Origin: Sedimentisphaerales bacterium
GTDB lineage: Bacteria; Planctomycetota; Phycisphaerae; Sedimentisphaerales; SM23-30
Direction of reading: 5' to 3'
DNA length: 64,000 nt
Assembly (NCBI GenBank): GCA_963663965.2
Contig: CAXXFK010000013.1
Location: 181,469-245,468 of the forward strand
Shown here: positions 20,174 through 29,409 of the stretch, one piece after another
Layout of the letters: each line of letters begins with the position of its first letter
Position numbering within the stretch: the first letter of the stretch is position 1
Notes under the pieces: model-generated
What the model was told of the DNA's origin: nothing
The model's database searches: none
The model's input: the letters and a program-made list of their open reading frames with translations, nothing else
Made by a program: the position numbers and the translations under genes

Positions 20174-20737
20174 CAGAAGAATTGAAATAAAATATAATTC
20201 ACCGTGGAAGTGGAGGTAGTGGAGAAACAGCCTGATATTAAAAAATATAACAGCCGTTTTAACCGCAGATCCCGATGTACATCGGGGACAGATGAACGCA
20301 GATGAAGAAAGGGATCATAATGGGGAAACCTAAGTAGGAGGCGAGGAACGAACCGGTTGGCGGAGGCGGTGATGTGGATATTGGTGGGGAAAACCTGGGA
20401 CAGACACCTGTTAAATTAGCGAGATGCGAAAAAGATAAGTCAGAAACAGGCGACTGTCCCTAGTATTAAGACCAACGCTCCTATCATTAGTACTAGCTCC
20501 TGAACTCAACTGATCGAGATAATTTGAAAAATTAATAGACTTGGCTTCAAGGTTGATACTGTAGTCATTTCGGAAACCAATGAATAGAGTATGCTTGGGA
20601 TGCTCGCTATTAGCAGTATACCTGAGGAATGTCTCATTTTTATCATTAATATAGCCTTTGAGCTTTGAGCGGACTGCATCTTCTTCAATATGGCTTAATT
20701 TAATTGTATAGGAATTTGTATTTGTGGATAACTCTAG

Positions 20738-20757
20738 CCCCGGATGTAAATCCGGGG
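20738..20757. repeat. REP-like palindrome
   Basis: CCCCGGAT-GTAA-ATCCGGGG hairpin, followed by a GACAGGATTTACAGGAT...ATCCTGTTAATCCTGTC inverted repeat (20775-20827). Confidence 0.6.
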
Positions 20758-21027
20758 ATGAATATTTGCTTTTTGACAGGATTTACAGGATGATCAGGAT
20801 AAGATGCAAAATCCTGTTAATCCTGTCGGAAAAAGAAGTCCCGCCGAAGGCGGTTAAGTTCTTACCCATCTAACTGGCCGTTACGATAAAACAGGATGTT
20901 TTATATCTTGAAATTGGGATTGAATTATGGTAAAAGGATAAGAGATTGGAGAAAATGCAAAGTGAGGAAACCGGTCATTTTCAGTCGTATGATGTTAATA
21001 TAGATAAACTTTTTAGGAGTGCTTGCA

Positions 21028-22104
21028 GTGAAAAAGAGGATTATTGTCTGGTTTGCAGTATTACTGAGTTTTGCTGGTATGGTTCAGGCGGAGTGCCCAT
21101 CTATGGACATTACCGGCGATTGTAAGGTGAACCTGGAAGATTTTGCCGTTATGGCTGCCGGGTGGCTGGAGGACTACCCAATTAAATGAATTCGCTGATC
21201 TGACGTTGCAGTGGCTGGAGGAAGAAATCCCCGACCCGGCGGCGTATGGTCATTTGTCAACATTCCCGGCGGGACGTTTGATATGGGCGATCATTTCAAT
21301 GAAGGTTGGCCAGATGAACGCCCCGTTCATACGGTTACGCTGAGCAGTTTTCAGATGAGCAAGTATGAGATCACGAATGACCAATATCGGGATTATCTCA
21401 ACGCGGCGTTAGCTGCCAGTCAGATAACAGTATTTAATAACCGTGTTTACGCGATAAGTGACACCAGTCATTCCCAGCCTTATTTCGTAACTCATGAAGC
21501 AGATTCAGACAGCCAGATAAGCTATAATATCAGCGGCAGCTTTTACACCCGTAGCAAAAATGGCCGCAATATGGTTAATGACCCGGTGGTGATGGTCAGT
21601 TGGTATGGGGCCAAGGTTTTTTGTGACTATTACGGCTATAAACTGCCCACCGAGGCCCAGTGGGAATATGCCGCCCGGGGTGGCCAGCAGAATCCCTACT
21701 ATCGCTTTCCCTGGGGCAATATGATCAATCACGACTATGCGAATTATAGAGCTAATGGCAGCGCCTATAGCTATGATACCAGCCCCTACAGCAGTTACAC
21801 CTTTCATCCCAACTGGAATGATGGTACCGATCCCTACACTGCCCCAGTGGGCAGCTTCCCAGTTAATGGTTATGGCTTATGTGATATGACCGGCAATGTC
21901 ATGGAGTGGTGTAGTGACTGGTATAGTTCATCATACTATAGTTCCAGTCCATCCACTAATCCAACTGGGCCTATCAGTGGTAGTTATCGCGTGGTTCGCG
22001 GCGGCCATTGGGGCTCCTACGCCTACGGCTGTCGGGTGGCCTACCGGGGTGGCTACCCGGGCCTCTCGAGCGGCTACTACTGCGGGTTTCGGGTGTGTCG
22101 TTGA
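21028..22104 (+). CDS. Secreted FGE-sulfatase (SUMF1)/C-type-lectin-fold protein with dockerin-like N-terminus; probable DGR target; 5' part frameshifted
   Basis: AGGAG RBS + GTG; signal peptide; 'CPSMDITGDCKVNLEDF..W' dockerin-like motif; IPGGTFDMG, KYEITN, LPTEAQWEYAARGG, NGYGLCDMTGNVMEWCSDWY, RVVRGG..GFRV; compensating shifts at ~21175-21255. Confidence 0.85.
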
Positions 22105-22374
22105 GTGTTTTTTCTCCTGGATTTTCCGTAACCCTTTGCCCTGAGCGTAGCGAAGGACCGAAAATTTTTTGAAAAATGAGTAAAAAAGATAGTGAGTCTT
22201 TACGTAATTTAATATCAGAGCGATTTTGACCAGCGCCAAAGAATAAGAAACGAATTTCTGATACGATAGAATTTCAAGCACTCAAAGCAAATGGCTCTGA
22301 TGATGTAACTGATTTACATATAGCAATTTGCCAGAAAAAACGTGGGAGAGTTTTGTCTTGATGATGTCTCTTTG

Positions 22375-22403
22375 TTGACACATTTGAGTGAATTTATTAC
22401 ATT
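22375..22403 (+). promoter_or_regulatory. Putative sigma70 promoter of downstream sulfatase
   Basis: TTGACA(22375-22380)-17 nt-TACATT(22398-22403). Confidence 0.5.
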
Positions 22404-22449
22404 AACAGGGGTGAAACGAGAAACAAACAGATAATCAAGGGAAGCACTG

Positions 22450-24022
22450 ATGATGCGAGCAGAATTGAACAGGCGGCTGTTTTTGAAGGCGAGTGGGTTG
22501 GGGGTGGTGTCGGTGGTTATGCGGAATGGGGATGAGGCGGCAGCGGCCGGGGGAATGGGGGTGCGGGCGGCCCCATGTTTTGATTATTCATGCCGATGAG
22601 CATCGCATGGACTGCCTCGGCGCTTACGGCAATCAGGATGTCAAAACCCCTCATATCGACGGGCTGGCGGCGGATGGTGAGCGTTTTGTCCACAGCTTTT
22701 GCCCGTTCCCGGTTTGCACGCCTTCGCGGTATTCCCTGTTGAGCGGGTTGTATGCCCACGAGCACGGCGGCTGGTCGAATCATTGCAGCATAGCGGCTGA
22801 GACGGCCACGTTTCCGAAGATTCTGCGGGCGGGCGGGTATAAAACCAAGGCGATTGGCAAGATGCACTTTACCCCGACTTACCTGGATGTGGGGTTCGAT
22901 GAGATGGAGCTATCGGAACAGGATGGGCCGGGCCGATGGGATGATGATTACCACCGTTATCTGATGGCCAGAGACCTGGTGGACTCCAACGACCTGGAAG
23001 ACCAGCGGTCGGAATTTCGCCGGAAAGCCGGCGCCCGATATTTCGAGACCTTTGGCGCGATGGAATCGAATCTGTCCGATGAGCATTCCAACACCACCTG
23101 GATTGGCGACCGGGTGGCGGAGACGCTGGAGGGGTGGGATGAGAAACAGCCGAGCCTGCTGATGGCGGGATTTGTCAAGCCGCACCATCCGTTCGATCCG
23201 CCGGCGCCCTGGGATACGATGTACGATCCGGAAAAGCTGGCGCTTCTGCCGGGCTGGACAGAAACCTCTTTCGAACACGACCTTAAATACAGCCGGGGCT
23301 ATTTCGATAATGCCAGCCTGACGGAACCGGCCATGCGGAAGGTGATGGCCTATTATTACGCTACGATTTCGCAGATCGATTTTCAGGTGGGGCGTATGAT
23401 CAAGATCCTTAAGGATAAGGGGTTGTACGACAATACGCTGATTATCTATACCTCGGACCATGGCGACTATATGGGGTATCACCATATGATCCTGAAAGGG
23501 AACTACCTCTATGAGGCGCTGGCCAAGGTGCCGTTGATTATCAAATGGCCGAAAAGCAAGAACGCGGGAACGGTTTCGAGCAAACTGGTTAATAATATCG
23601 ACCTGGCTCCGACGATCTGTCATCTGGTGCAACTGCCGCCGGCCAAGACGATGCGGGGTAAGGATCTGGCCAAGGATCCGGGCCATGACATCATCTTTTG
23701 CGAGTCGGGGCCCAACCAGGTGATGGCGAGGACACAGAGATACAAGCTGATACTGGCGGGGCCGCGCAACGCCAACCTGTTCTATGATCTTGAGGCCGAC
23801 CCGCTGGAGCGGAATAATCTATACGACAACCCGGCATACCAAGACAGGATAGCCGAACTCGAAACAAAATTGAATGACTGGCGTCGCGTGGGGCCATGGC
23901 CCGAGCCATCGACGGAAGGCCCGATTATCAAGGGTGAGAATGTTCCGCCGGCCGACCTGAGCCACCGGGGCGCTATTATCGATTACTACACGCGGAAGAT
24001 GGCTGAAATGCAGACCAGGTGA
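22450..24022 (+). CDS. Tat-exported sulfatase (choline-sulfatase-like); one apparent frameshift in the G-rich signal region
   Basis: ATG at 22450 gives MMRAELNRRLFLKASGLG (Tat) in a different frame from ORF 22493-24022, which has HADEHR, CTPSRYS, GKMH, KPHHP and TSDHG. Confidence 0.85.
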
Positions 24023-24100
24023 GCGGCGCCAGGGGAAAAGATTTCACACGAAGCCGCGAAGCCGCTAAAAAAACAGCCAAGGCGGCAGCGCCGGGGCTGG

Positions 24101-25435
24101 TTATTGGGAGTCAGGTTGGGCGTTGACTTCTTTAATGAATTCCCAGAGGATAGCGACGGACCAGAGGAGCAGGTCCTGGTCGAAGTCGAATTTGGGGTTG
24201 TGGTGGCCGCCGGAGGTGGGGGAGCCGATGCAGAGGAAGCTGGTTTTTCCGCCGTTTTGGCGGACCTGGTCCATCAGGAAGGTGGCATCTTCGCTGCCGG
24301 GGACGAGGTAGTCATCGATGATGGCGGATGGGTCGATTCCGGCCCGGATGATGGCGTTTTTGAGCAGGGGGGTTAACTCGGTTGAGTTCTCGGCGTAGAT
24401 ACATTCGCTGATCTGTTTGAGGCGGTAGCTCAGGCCGTGCATCCGGGCGGTGTGTTCGATGATGGCGGTGGCTCGTTGGTTGAGATAATCGCAGACGGTG
24501 TTGGTCTGGCCTCTTAATTCGAAGTTGAATTCGGCGTGGCTGGAAATGACATTGGAGGGATTGTCCGAGAAGAATTTGCCGGCGTTGACGCGGGAGAGTC
24601 CGGCGCTGTGGCGGGAAATGGCCAGCAGACTGTTGACGGCCTGGCAGGCGGCCAGCAGGGCGTTTCGGCCATTTTCGGGACAGGCGGCGGCATGAGCGTT
24701 GAGGCCTTCGTAGACGACATTAAACCAGCGGGCAGCGAGGAAGGAGAGCCGGCAGACAACCTGGCGTTGGCCGATGATGCCGAGATGGATGGGGATCAGG
24801 TAATCCAATTTTTTGAAGATAGGGAATTTCGCAAAGAGGTGGCCGCCGGATGGGCCTTCTTCTGAGGGTTGGAATATCAGATGATAGGTTCCTTTGAGCT
24901 GCTGTCGATTTTGCTGGATTCGGTTGGCCAGGCCCAGGCCGATGGTGGTGTGGCCGTCGTGGCCGCAGGCGTGCATGTTGGCGTTCTGGGAGGCGAAGCC
25001 ATGGGCACAGGGGAGATGGGAGTTGTCCGAGGATTCTTTTACAGGCAGGGCGTCGATATCGAAACGGAAACCGACCTGGGGGCCGTGATCGGAACATTTC
25101 ATACTGGCGATGACGCCGGTGAACCCGCCTTGCATGGATTCCAGCCAGGGGTTGGGTTTCATTTTTTGAGCGGCGGATTCGTAGCCACCGTCGATTCTGG
25201 ATTTGTCAATTACGACGAGATCTGAAATGTGGTCGATATCGGGATAAGCATTTTTATACAGGTCTTTGCCGAATTTCAATTCGAAACCGAGTTTGCTTAA
25301 ATAATCGCAAATGATGCAGCTGGTGTTGAATTCGGAAAAGCCCAGTTCGGGATAGCTATGGAATGTTTTTCTTAATTCGATCAGGTGGGCCAATTCGGGG
25401 TTTTGTTCGTTGATTTTTGGGATTGAAGTGTTCAT
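24101..25435 (-). CDS. M20 family amidohydrolase (AbgA-like)
   Basis: FHSYPELGFSE, RFDIDAL, MHACGHDGH, FQPSEEG, GSEDAT, HHNPKFDFD. Confidence 0.88.
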   Translation of the reverse strand: MNTSIPKINEQNPELAHLIELRKTFHSYPELGFSEFNTSCIICDYLSKLGFELKFGKDLYKNAYPDIDHISDLVVIDKSRIDGGYESAAQKMKPNPWLESMQGGFTGVIASMKCSDHGPQVGFRFDIDALPVKESSDNSHLPCAHGFASQNANMHACGHDGHTTIGLGLANRIQQNRQQLKGTYHLIFQPSEEGPSGGHLFAKFPIFKKLDYLIPIHLGIIGQRQVVCRLSFLAARWFNVVYEGLNAHAAACPENGRNALLAACQAVNSLLAISRHSAGLSRVNAGKFFSDNPSNVISSHAEFNFELRGQTNTVCDYLNQRATAIIEHTARMHGLSYRLKQISECIYAENSTELTPLLKNAIIRAGIDPSAIIDDYLVPGSEDATFLMDQVRQNGGKTSFLCIGSPTSGGHHNPKFDFDQDLLLWSVAILWEFIKEVNAQPDSQ

Positions 25436-25503
25436 CGGGGATTTTGAAAGTTATGTTTTGGGTTGTGGATTGATTGGGGCTTGGAGCCCAAATCTGGGAA
25501 TTT

Positions 25504-25594
25504 CACGGGCAAGATGCCCGCGGTACGTTTGGGAAAACACGGGCAAGATGCCCGTGGTACGGTTGGGAAAACACGGGCAGGATGCCCGTGCTAC
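25504..25594 (-). repeat. Three tandem GTAG-type REP palindromes, 34-bp period
   Basis: CACGGGCA(A/G)GATGCCCG(C/T)G(G/C)TAC at 25504, 25538 and 25572; minus strand of the last copy reads GTAG-CACGGGCATCCTGCCCGTG. Confidence 0.85.
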
Positions 25595-25598
25595 GGAT

Positions 25599-27278
25599 TT
25601 ATTTTATCTGGATGCTGGCCCAGTAGGCGGCTTCGTAGGACCAGCCGGTGGGTTGGTTGAGCAGTTCGAGGTTGATAGTTTTGCCGGCGTATGGGGTCAG
25701 GTCGATATCGATGTCCAGCCATCTGTTGTCGGCGCTGGTATTGCCGATAGTTTGAGTCAGGATGGTTTGTTTATCGATCAGGACCTTCAGTTCCCAGTCG
25801 CCGGCGGGGTCGGTGTGGTGGCTGACGGTCAGATGAAGTTTGGGGTTGCCTGTTTTGGGGACTTTCAGTTTTCGGGACAGGATGCAGGGGGTGTCTTTAT
25901 CCAGCGGGTGGGTGAGCAGGACTTTGGATTTTCCCAGATAGTTTTCGCGTAAACCGGGATTCATATCAAAGCCGCATTGGGCGATTTTCCAGCCGGGGGC
26001 GAATTGGGCTAACTGATCGGACAGGTCCAGGCCGCGCTGGGCGGTAATCAGGGCGGATTCGCCGATCGAGTAGCGGCTGTTGGCGATGGGGCCGGGTTGG
26101 CTGGAGATTTGCAGTTGGCCGGGTATAGCTTTTTTGACGGGGATCAGGAAACAGTCCTGCTCGCCGGTGGGATCGGATTCAACATGGCCGCCCTGGCGGA
26201 ATACGGCCTGATGGGCGAGTCGTGTGCAAACCTCGATCAGGCGTGGGTAACTGTAGGGGGTGTGGCTGAATTTGCCTTCGGGATTGAGCGCTTCAACGTA
26301 TTTGCGGGGCAGATGGTCGAAACCGATGGTGGTGGCAAGGATCCCGGCGGCGTTGGAGGGGTTGCAGTCGCTGTCCTGGCCGCAACGGGTGGCGATGATA
26401 ATGGTCTGGTCGAGGTCGCCCCGGCCGTAGAGCAGGCCCATGACGATATAGGCACCGTTGATCTTGGCGTCAATGTTGAAGCGGCCTGAGCGGTCCGAGC
26501 AACTGAACTGGCGGTAATCGGGATTGAGTTGATACTTCTGGTTGATGAGTTCCCAGGTTTTGGGCCAGTCGTGGGGGTTTTGCTGATGCCACTGGATGAC
26601 ATCGCGAATGCATTCGGCGTACTGGCTTTCCGCGGGGATGGCCGCCAGGGCGGTCTGGATGATCTGAGGGATATCGCGCGTGAAGAAGGCTTCGGCGTAC
26701 ATGGCTCCAACAAACTGTCCGCCGTAGAGCCCGTCGCCGTAATTCATCAGGCGGCCGAACTTTTCGCCCAGTTCGATGACCAGATTGGGCATGCCAGGCG
26801 CGATCAGGCCGGAAAAATCGGCTTCGATCTGGTAATCAATGTCGTCGGCGTGGGAGTTGAAGGCGGGATGGCTGGAATCGGGCGGGGCGATCCCTTTGCG
26901 GAGGTTTTCGCGGCCGGCGAGGTTGGCATGCCAGAGGGGATAGCCGCTGTTGGCGAAATCGATGCCGGCCTGACGGATCGAGACATCGAAGCCGTAGAGT
27001 TCCAGGCTGCGTAAAAAGGTCATTTCGACGTAGATATCATCCTGATGAAACTGGTTGACCATTTCGGGTTTCCAGGCGGGCATGGCTTCGGGTGGGATCA
27101 TGGTACCGCAATAACGAAACTCGGTGGGCGCGCCCTGGCCGACGCCAGCCATCTGGCCGATCCAGCCGGCTTTCATCTTGTCGACATACTCGGAGACGGG
27201 GAGTTTGCGATATTGGCCCTGGAGCGGGGTGATGAAACTTATTGTCAACGCTAAAACTAAAAGTACAAGAAACCTCAT
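25599..27278 (-). CDS. Secreted ADP-ribosylglycohydrolase family protein with C-terminal beta-sandwich domain
   Basis: Signal peptide; GWIGQMAGV, QDDIYVE, DDIDYQIEAD, GQDSDCNPSNAAG. Confidence 0.75.
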   Translation of the reverse strand: MRFLVLLVLALTISFITPLQGQYRKLPVSEYVDKMKAGWIGQMAGVGQGAPTEFRYCGTMIPPEAMPAWKPEMVNQFHQDDIYVEMTFLRSLELYGFDVSIRQAGIDFANSGYPLWHANLAGRENLRKGIAPPDSSHPAFNSHADDIDYQIEADFSGLIAPGMPNLVIELGEKFGRLMNYGDGLYGGQFVGAMYAEAFFTRDIPQIIQTALAAIPAESQYAECIRDVIQWHQQNPHDWPKTWELINQKYQLNPDYRQFSCSDRSGRFNIDAKINGAYIVMGLLYGRGDLDQTIIIATRCGQDSDCNPSNAAGILATTIGFDHLPRKYVEALNPEGKFSHTPYSYPRLIEVCTRLAHQAVFRQGGHVESDPTGEQDCFLIPVKKAIPGQLQISSQPGPIANSRYSIGESALITAQRGLDLSDQLAQFAPGWKIAQCGFDMNPGLRENYLGKSKVLLTHPLDKDTPCILSRKLKVPKTGNPKLHLTVSHHTDPAGDWELKVLIDKQTILTQTIGNTSADNRWLDIDIDLTPYAGKTINLELLNQPTGWSYEAAYWASIQIK

Positions 27279-27544
27279 AATATGCCCTTTCCAACGGGAT
27301 GAAAGTGTCCTGTTAAGAATTATTGGCTATTTTTTGTAAGAATTTATCAATCAGAGATTAAACGATAACTTATCCGTCGGCCAGCAATTTTTCATATGGT
27401 CTTGCCCGTCTTTGAGGAAAAATTGGTACATCTGATTCTAACAATTGACATTGCAATGAAAAATGAGATAATATAGGCTGTTTGGTTAATCAACAGGTGG
27501 AATATAGTAAAGTGAATATTACCAGATAGTTAGAGGATGCCAGG

Positions 27545-29404
27545 ATGGCACGAAAAGTTGTAGACGCGAATCAGATGAATTTTGAATTTGCCGCCGAAGA
27601 GGAATCAGGCGAAGCGAAAACAGTCGTAAAAAGTAAAGCAGGTAAAAAGCCTCAAAAGGGTAGCAAAGGGAACCCGGAAGCCGGAACGATTGAGATCAAG
27701 CCGCTCAGCCAGCGGGAGAAGAAGACGGTCATTGTCAAACGGAAAACGTCCGGGCGGGCACGTAAATCAGTGGAAACGATTCAGGATGATCAGATCGAGT
27801 CCAAAGCGCTTTCCATGGCGGCCAAACAGCGCGATATCAGTGTGAGCGAGTTTTTTGCCAAGAATCGCCATCTGCTGGGATTCGATAATCCGAGCAAGGC
27901 GTTGCTAACCACGATTAAGGAAGCGGTTGATAATTCGCTGGATGCCTGTGAAGAGGCCCAGATCCTGCCGGAGATCGAGGTTGGGATCGAACAGCGCGCG
28001 GAGAACCGCTATCGGATCTGGGTGCAGGATAACGGGCCCGGAATTGTTAAAGAGCAGATCCCTAATATTTTTGGGCGGCTGTTATACGGCAGCAAATTTC
28101 ACAATCTCAGAATGGCACGCGGTCAGCAGGGGATAGGTATTTCGGCGGCGGGCATGTATGGCATGCTGACGACGGGTAAGAATGTCAAGATTAACAGTAA
28201 AACCGGCCCGCGCGCCAAGTCGCATCATTATGAGTTGCGGATCGATACCAAAGCGAACCGGCCGGAGATTATCAATGATGAGGAGATTGAATGGGATGTT
28301 CGCAGCGGCACCCGGGTGGAGATGGAGATTGAAGCGCGTTATCAGCGCGGGCGTCAGAGTGTGGACGAATACCTTTATCAGACGGCCATCGCCAATCCTC
28401 ATGCGCGTTTTATCTATCGTACGCCTGACAATAAAGAGATTATTTATGACCGTTCGATCGAGTCGGCGGTGGTGGTGCCTGAAGCGGTCAAGCCGCATCC
28501 TTACGGCGTGGAGTTGGGGATTTTGATCAAGATGCTGCAGGATACCCCGGAAAAAACGGTATCCGCATTTTTGACCAACGAGTTTTCGCGGGTCAGTTCC
28601 AGGGTTTCGCAGGAGATTCTGGACCAGGCAAAATTGTCCGCGCGCAAGCGTCCGAATACTTTCGATCATAACGATGTCGAAAAACTGTATAAATCGATCA
28701 ATGAAACCAAGATTATGGCGCCCAGCACGAATTGTGTGGTGCCGATCGGCGAAGAGGAGCTGCTGCAAGGGTTGCAGCAGGTGGTGAAGGCCGATTTTTA
28801 TACGGTTTGCACGCGTCCGCCCGCGGTCTATCGCGGTAATCCGTTTCAGATTGAAGCGGCGCTGGCCTTTGGCAAAGGGACCAATGGCAATAAGACCCCG
28901 GAAGAGATGCTGGATGAGGAAGAGAGCCAGGATGAGGAAGGCAATGAATTGATGCGGGTCTTGCGTTTTGCCAACCGGGTTCCGTTGCTATATCAGCAGT
29001 CGGCCTGCGCGATGTTCAAGTCGATTGTGTCGACCAACTGGCGGCAATACGGCCTGTCGCAGAGCCGGGGGGCTTTGCCGGCCGGTCCGGCGACGGTTAT
29101 TATCCATATCGCTTCGGTGTGGGTGCCGTTTACTTCGGAGAGCAAGGAGGCGGTCGCGCATTATCCGGAAATTATCAAAGAGATCAAACTGGCGTTGTCG
29201 GAATGCGGCCGACGGTTGGGGCGTTATCTAGCCGGGGAAAAACGCGCCGTTGAAGAAATTAAAAAACGGGGCTATATCCACAAATACCTGCCCCCGATCG
29301 GCGAGGCTTTACGGGATATATTGAAACTGAACGACAAGCAGATCAATAAAATCATTGACGATCTGCGTGATGTGCTGGAGGATTCACGGACGCAAAAGGT
29401 ATAG
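27545..29404 (+). CDS. top6B: DNA topoisomerase VI subunit B
   Basis: SVSEFFAKNRHLLGFD, KEAVDNSLDACEE, DNGPGI, LLYGSKF, RGQQGIGIS (GHKL ATPase), KPHPYG, RFANRVPLLYQ, VPFTSESKEA. Confidence 0.95.
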   Translation: MARKVVDANQMNFEFAAEEESGEAKTVVKSKAGKKPQKGSKGNPEAGTIEIKPLSQREKKTVIVKRKTSGRARKSVETIQDDQIESKALSMAAKQRDISVSEFFAKNRHLLGFDNPSKALLTTIKEAVDNSLDACEEAQILPEIEVGIEQRAENRYRIWVQDNGPGIVKEQIPNIFGRLLYGSKFHNLRMARGQQGIGISAAGMYGMLTTGKNVKINSKTGPRAKSHHYELRIDTKANRPEIINDEEIEWDVRSGTRVEMEIEARYQRGRQSVDEYLYQTAIANPHARFIYRTPDNKEIIYDRSIESAVVVPEAVKPHPYGVELGILIKMLQDTPEKTVSAFLTNEFSRVSSRVSQEILDQAKLSARKRPNTFDHNDVEKLYKSINETKIMAPSTNCVVPIGEEELLQGLQQVVKADFYTVCTRPPAVYRGNPFQIEAALAFGKGTNGNKTPEEMLDEEESQDEEGNELMRVLRFANRVPLLYQQSACAMFKSIVSTNWRQYGLSQSRGALPAGPATVIIHIASVWVPFTSESKEAVAHYPEIIKEIKLALSECGRRLGRYLAGEKRAVEEIKKRGYIHKYLPPIGEALRDILKLNDKQINKIIDDLRDVLEDSRTQKV

Positions 29405-29409
29405 GCGCC

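Noticed and set aside
21211..22104. Calling this gene the sulfatase-maturing formylglycine-generating enzyme because sulfatases flank it
   Set aside because: It lacks the catalytic 'RGGS(F/Y)LC...C..YR' cysteine pair of true FGE and has a signal peptide plus dockerin-like domain; it is better read as an FGE-fold binding protein.
22105..22450. Search for a DGR template repeat or RT next to the putative VR
   Set aside because: By eye I found no AAC-rich copy of the VR and no RT motifs (e.g. YxDD in an RT context) here or elsewhere in the window.
22910..23686. 258-aa minus-strand ORF (and similar shadows at 1218-1865, 13577-14200, 28082-28768, 32969-33550)
   Set aside because: Fully antisense to well-supported genes.
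25504..25594. Possible mini-CRISPR (3 repeats)
   Set aside because: The intervening sequences are only 11 nt and nearly identical, and there are no cas genes; this fits REP tandems.
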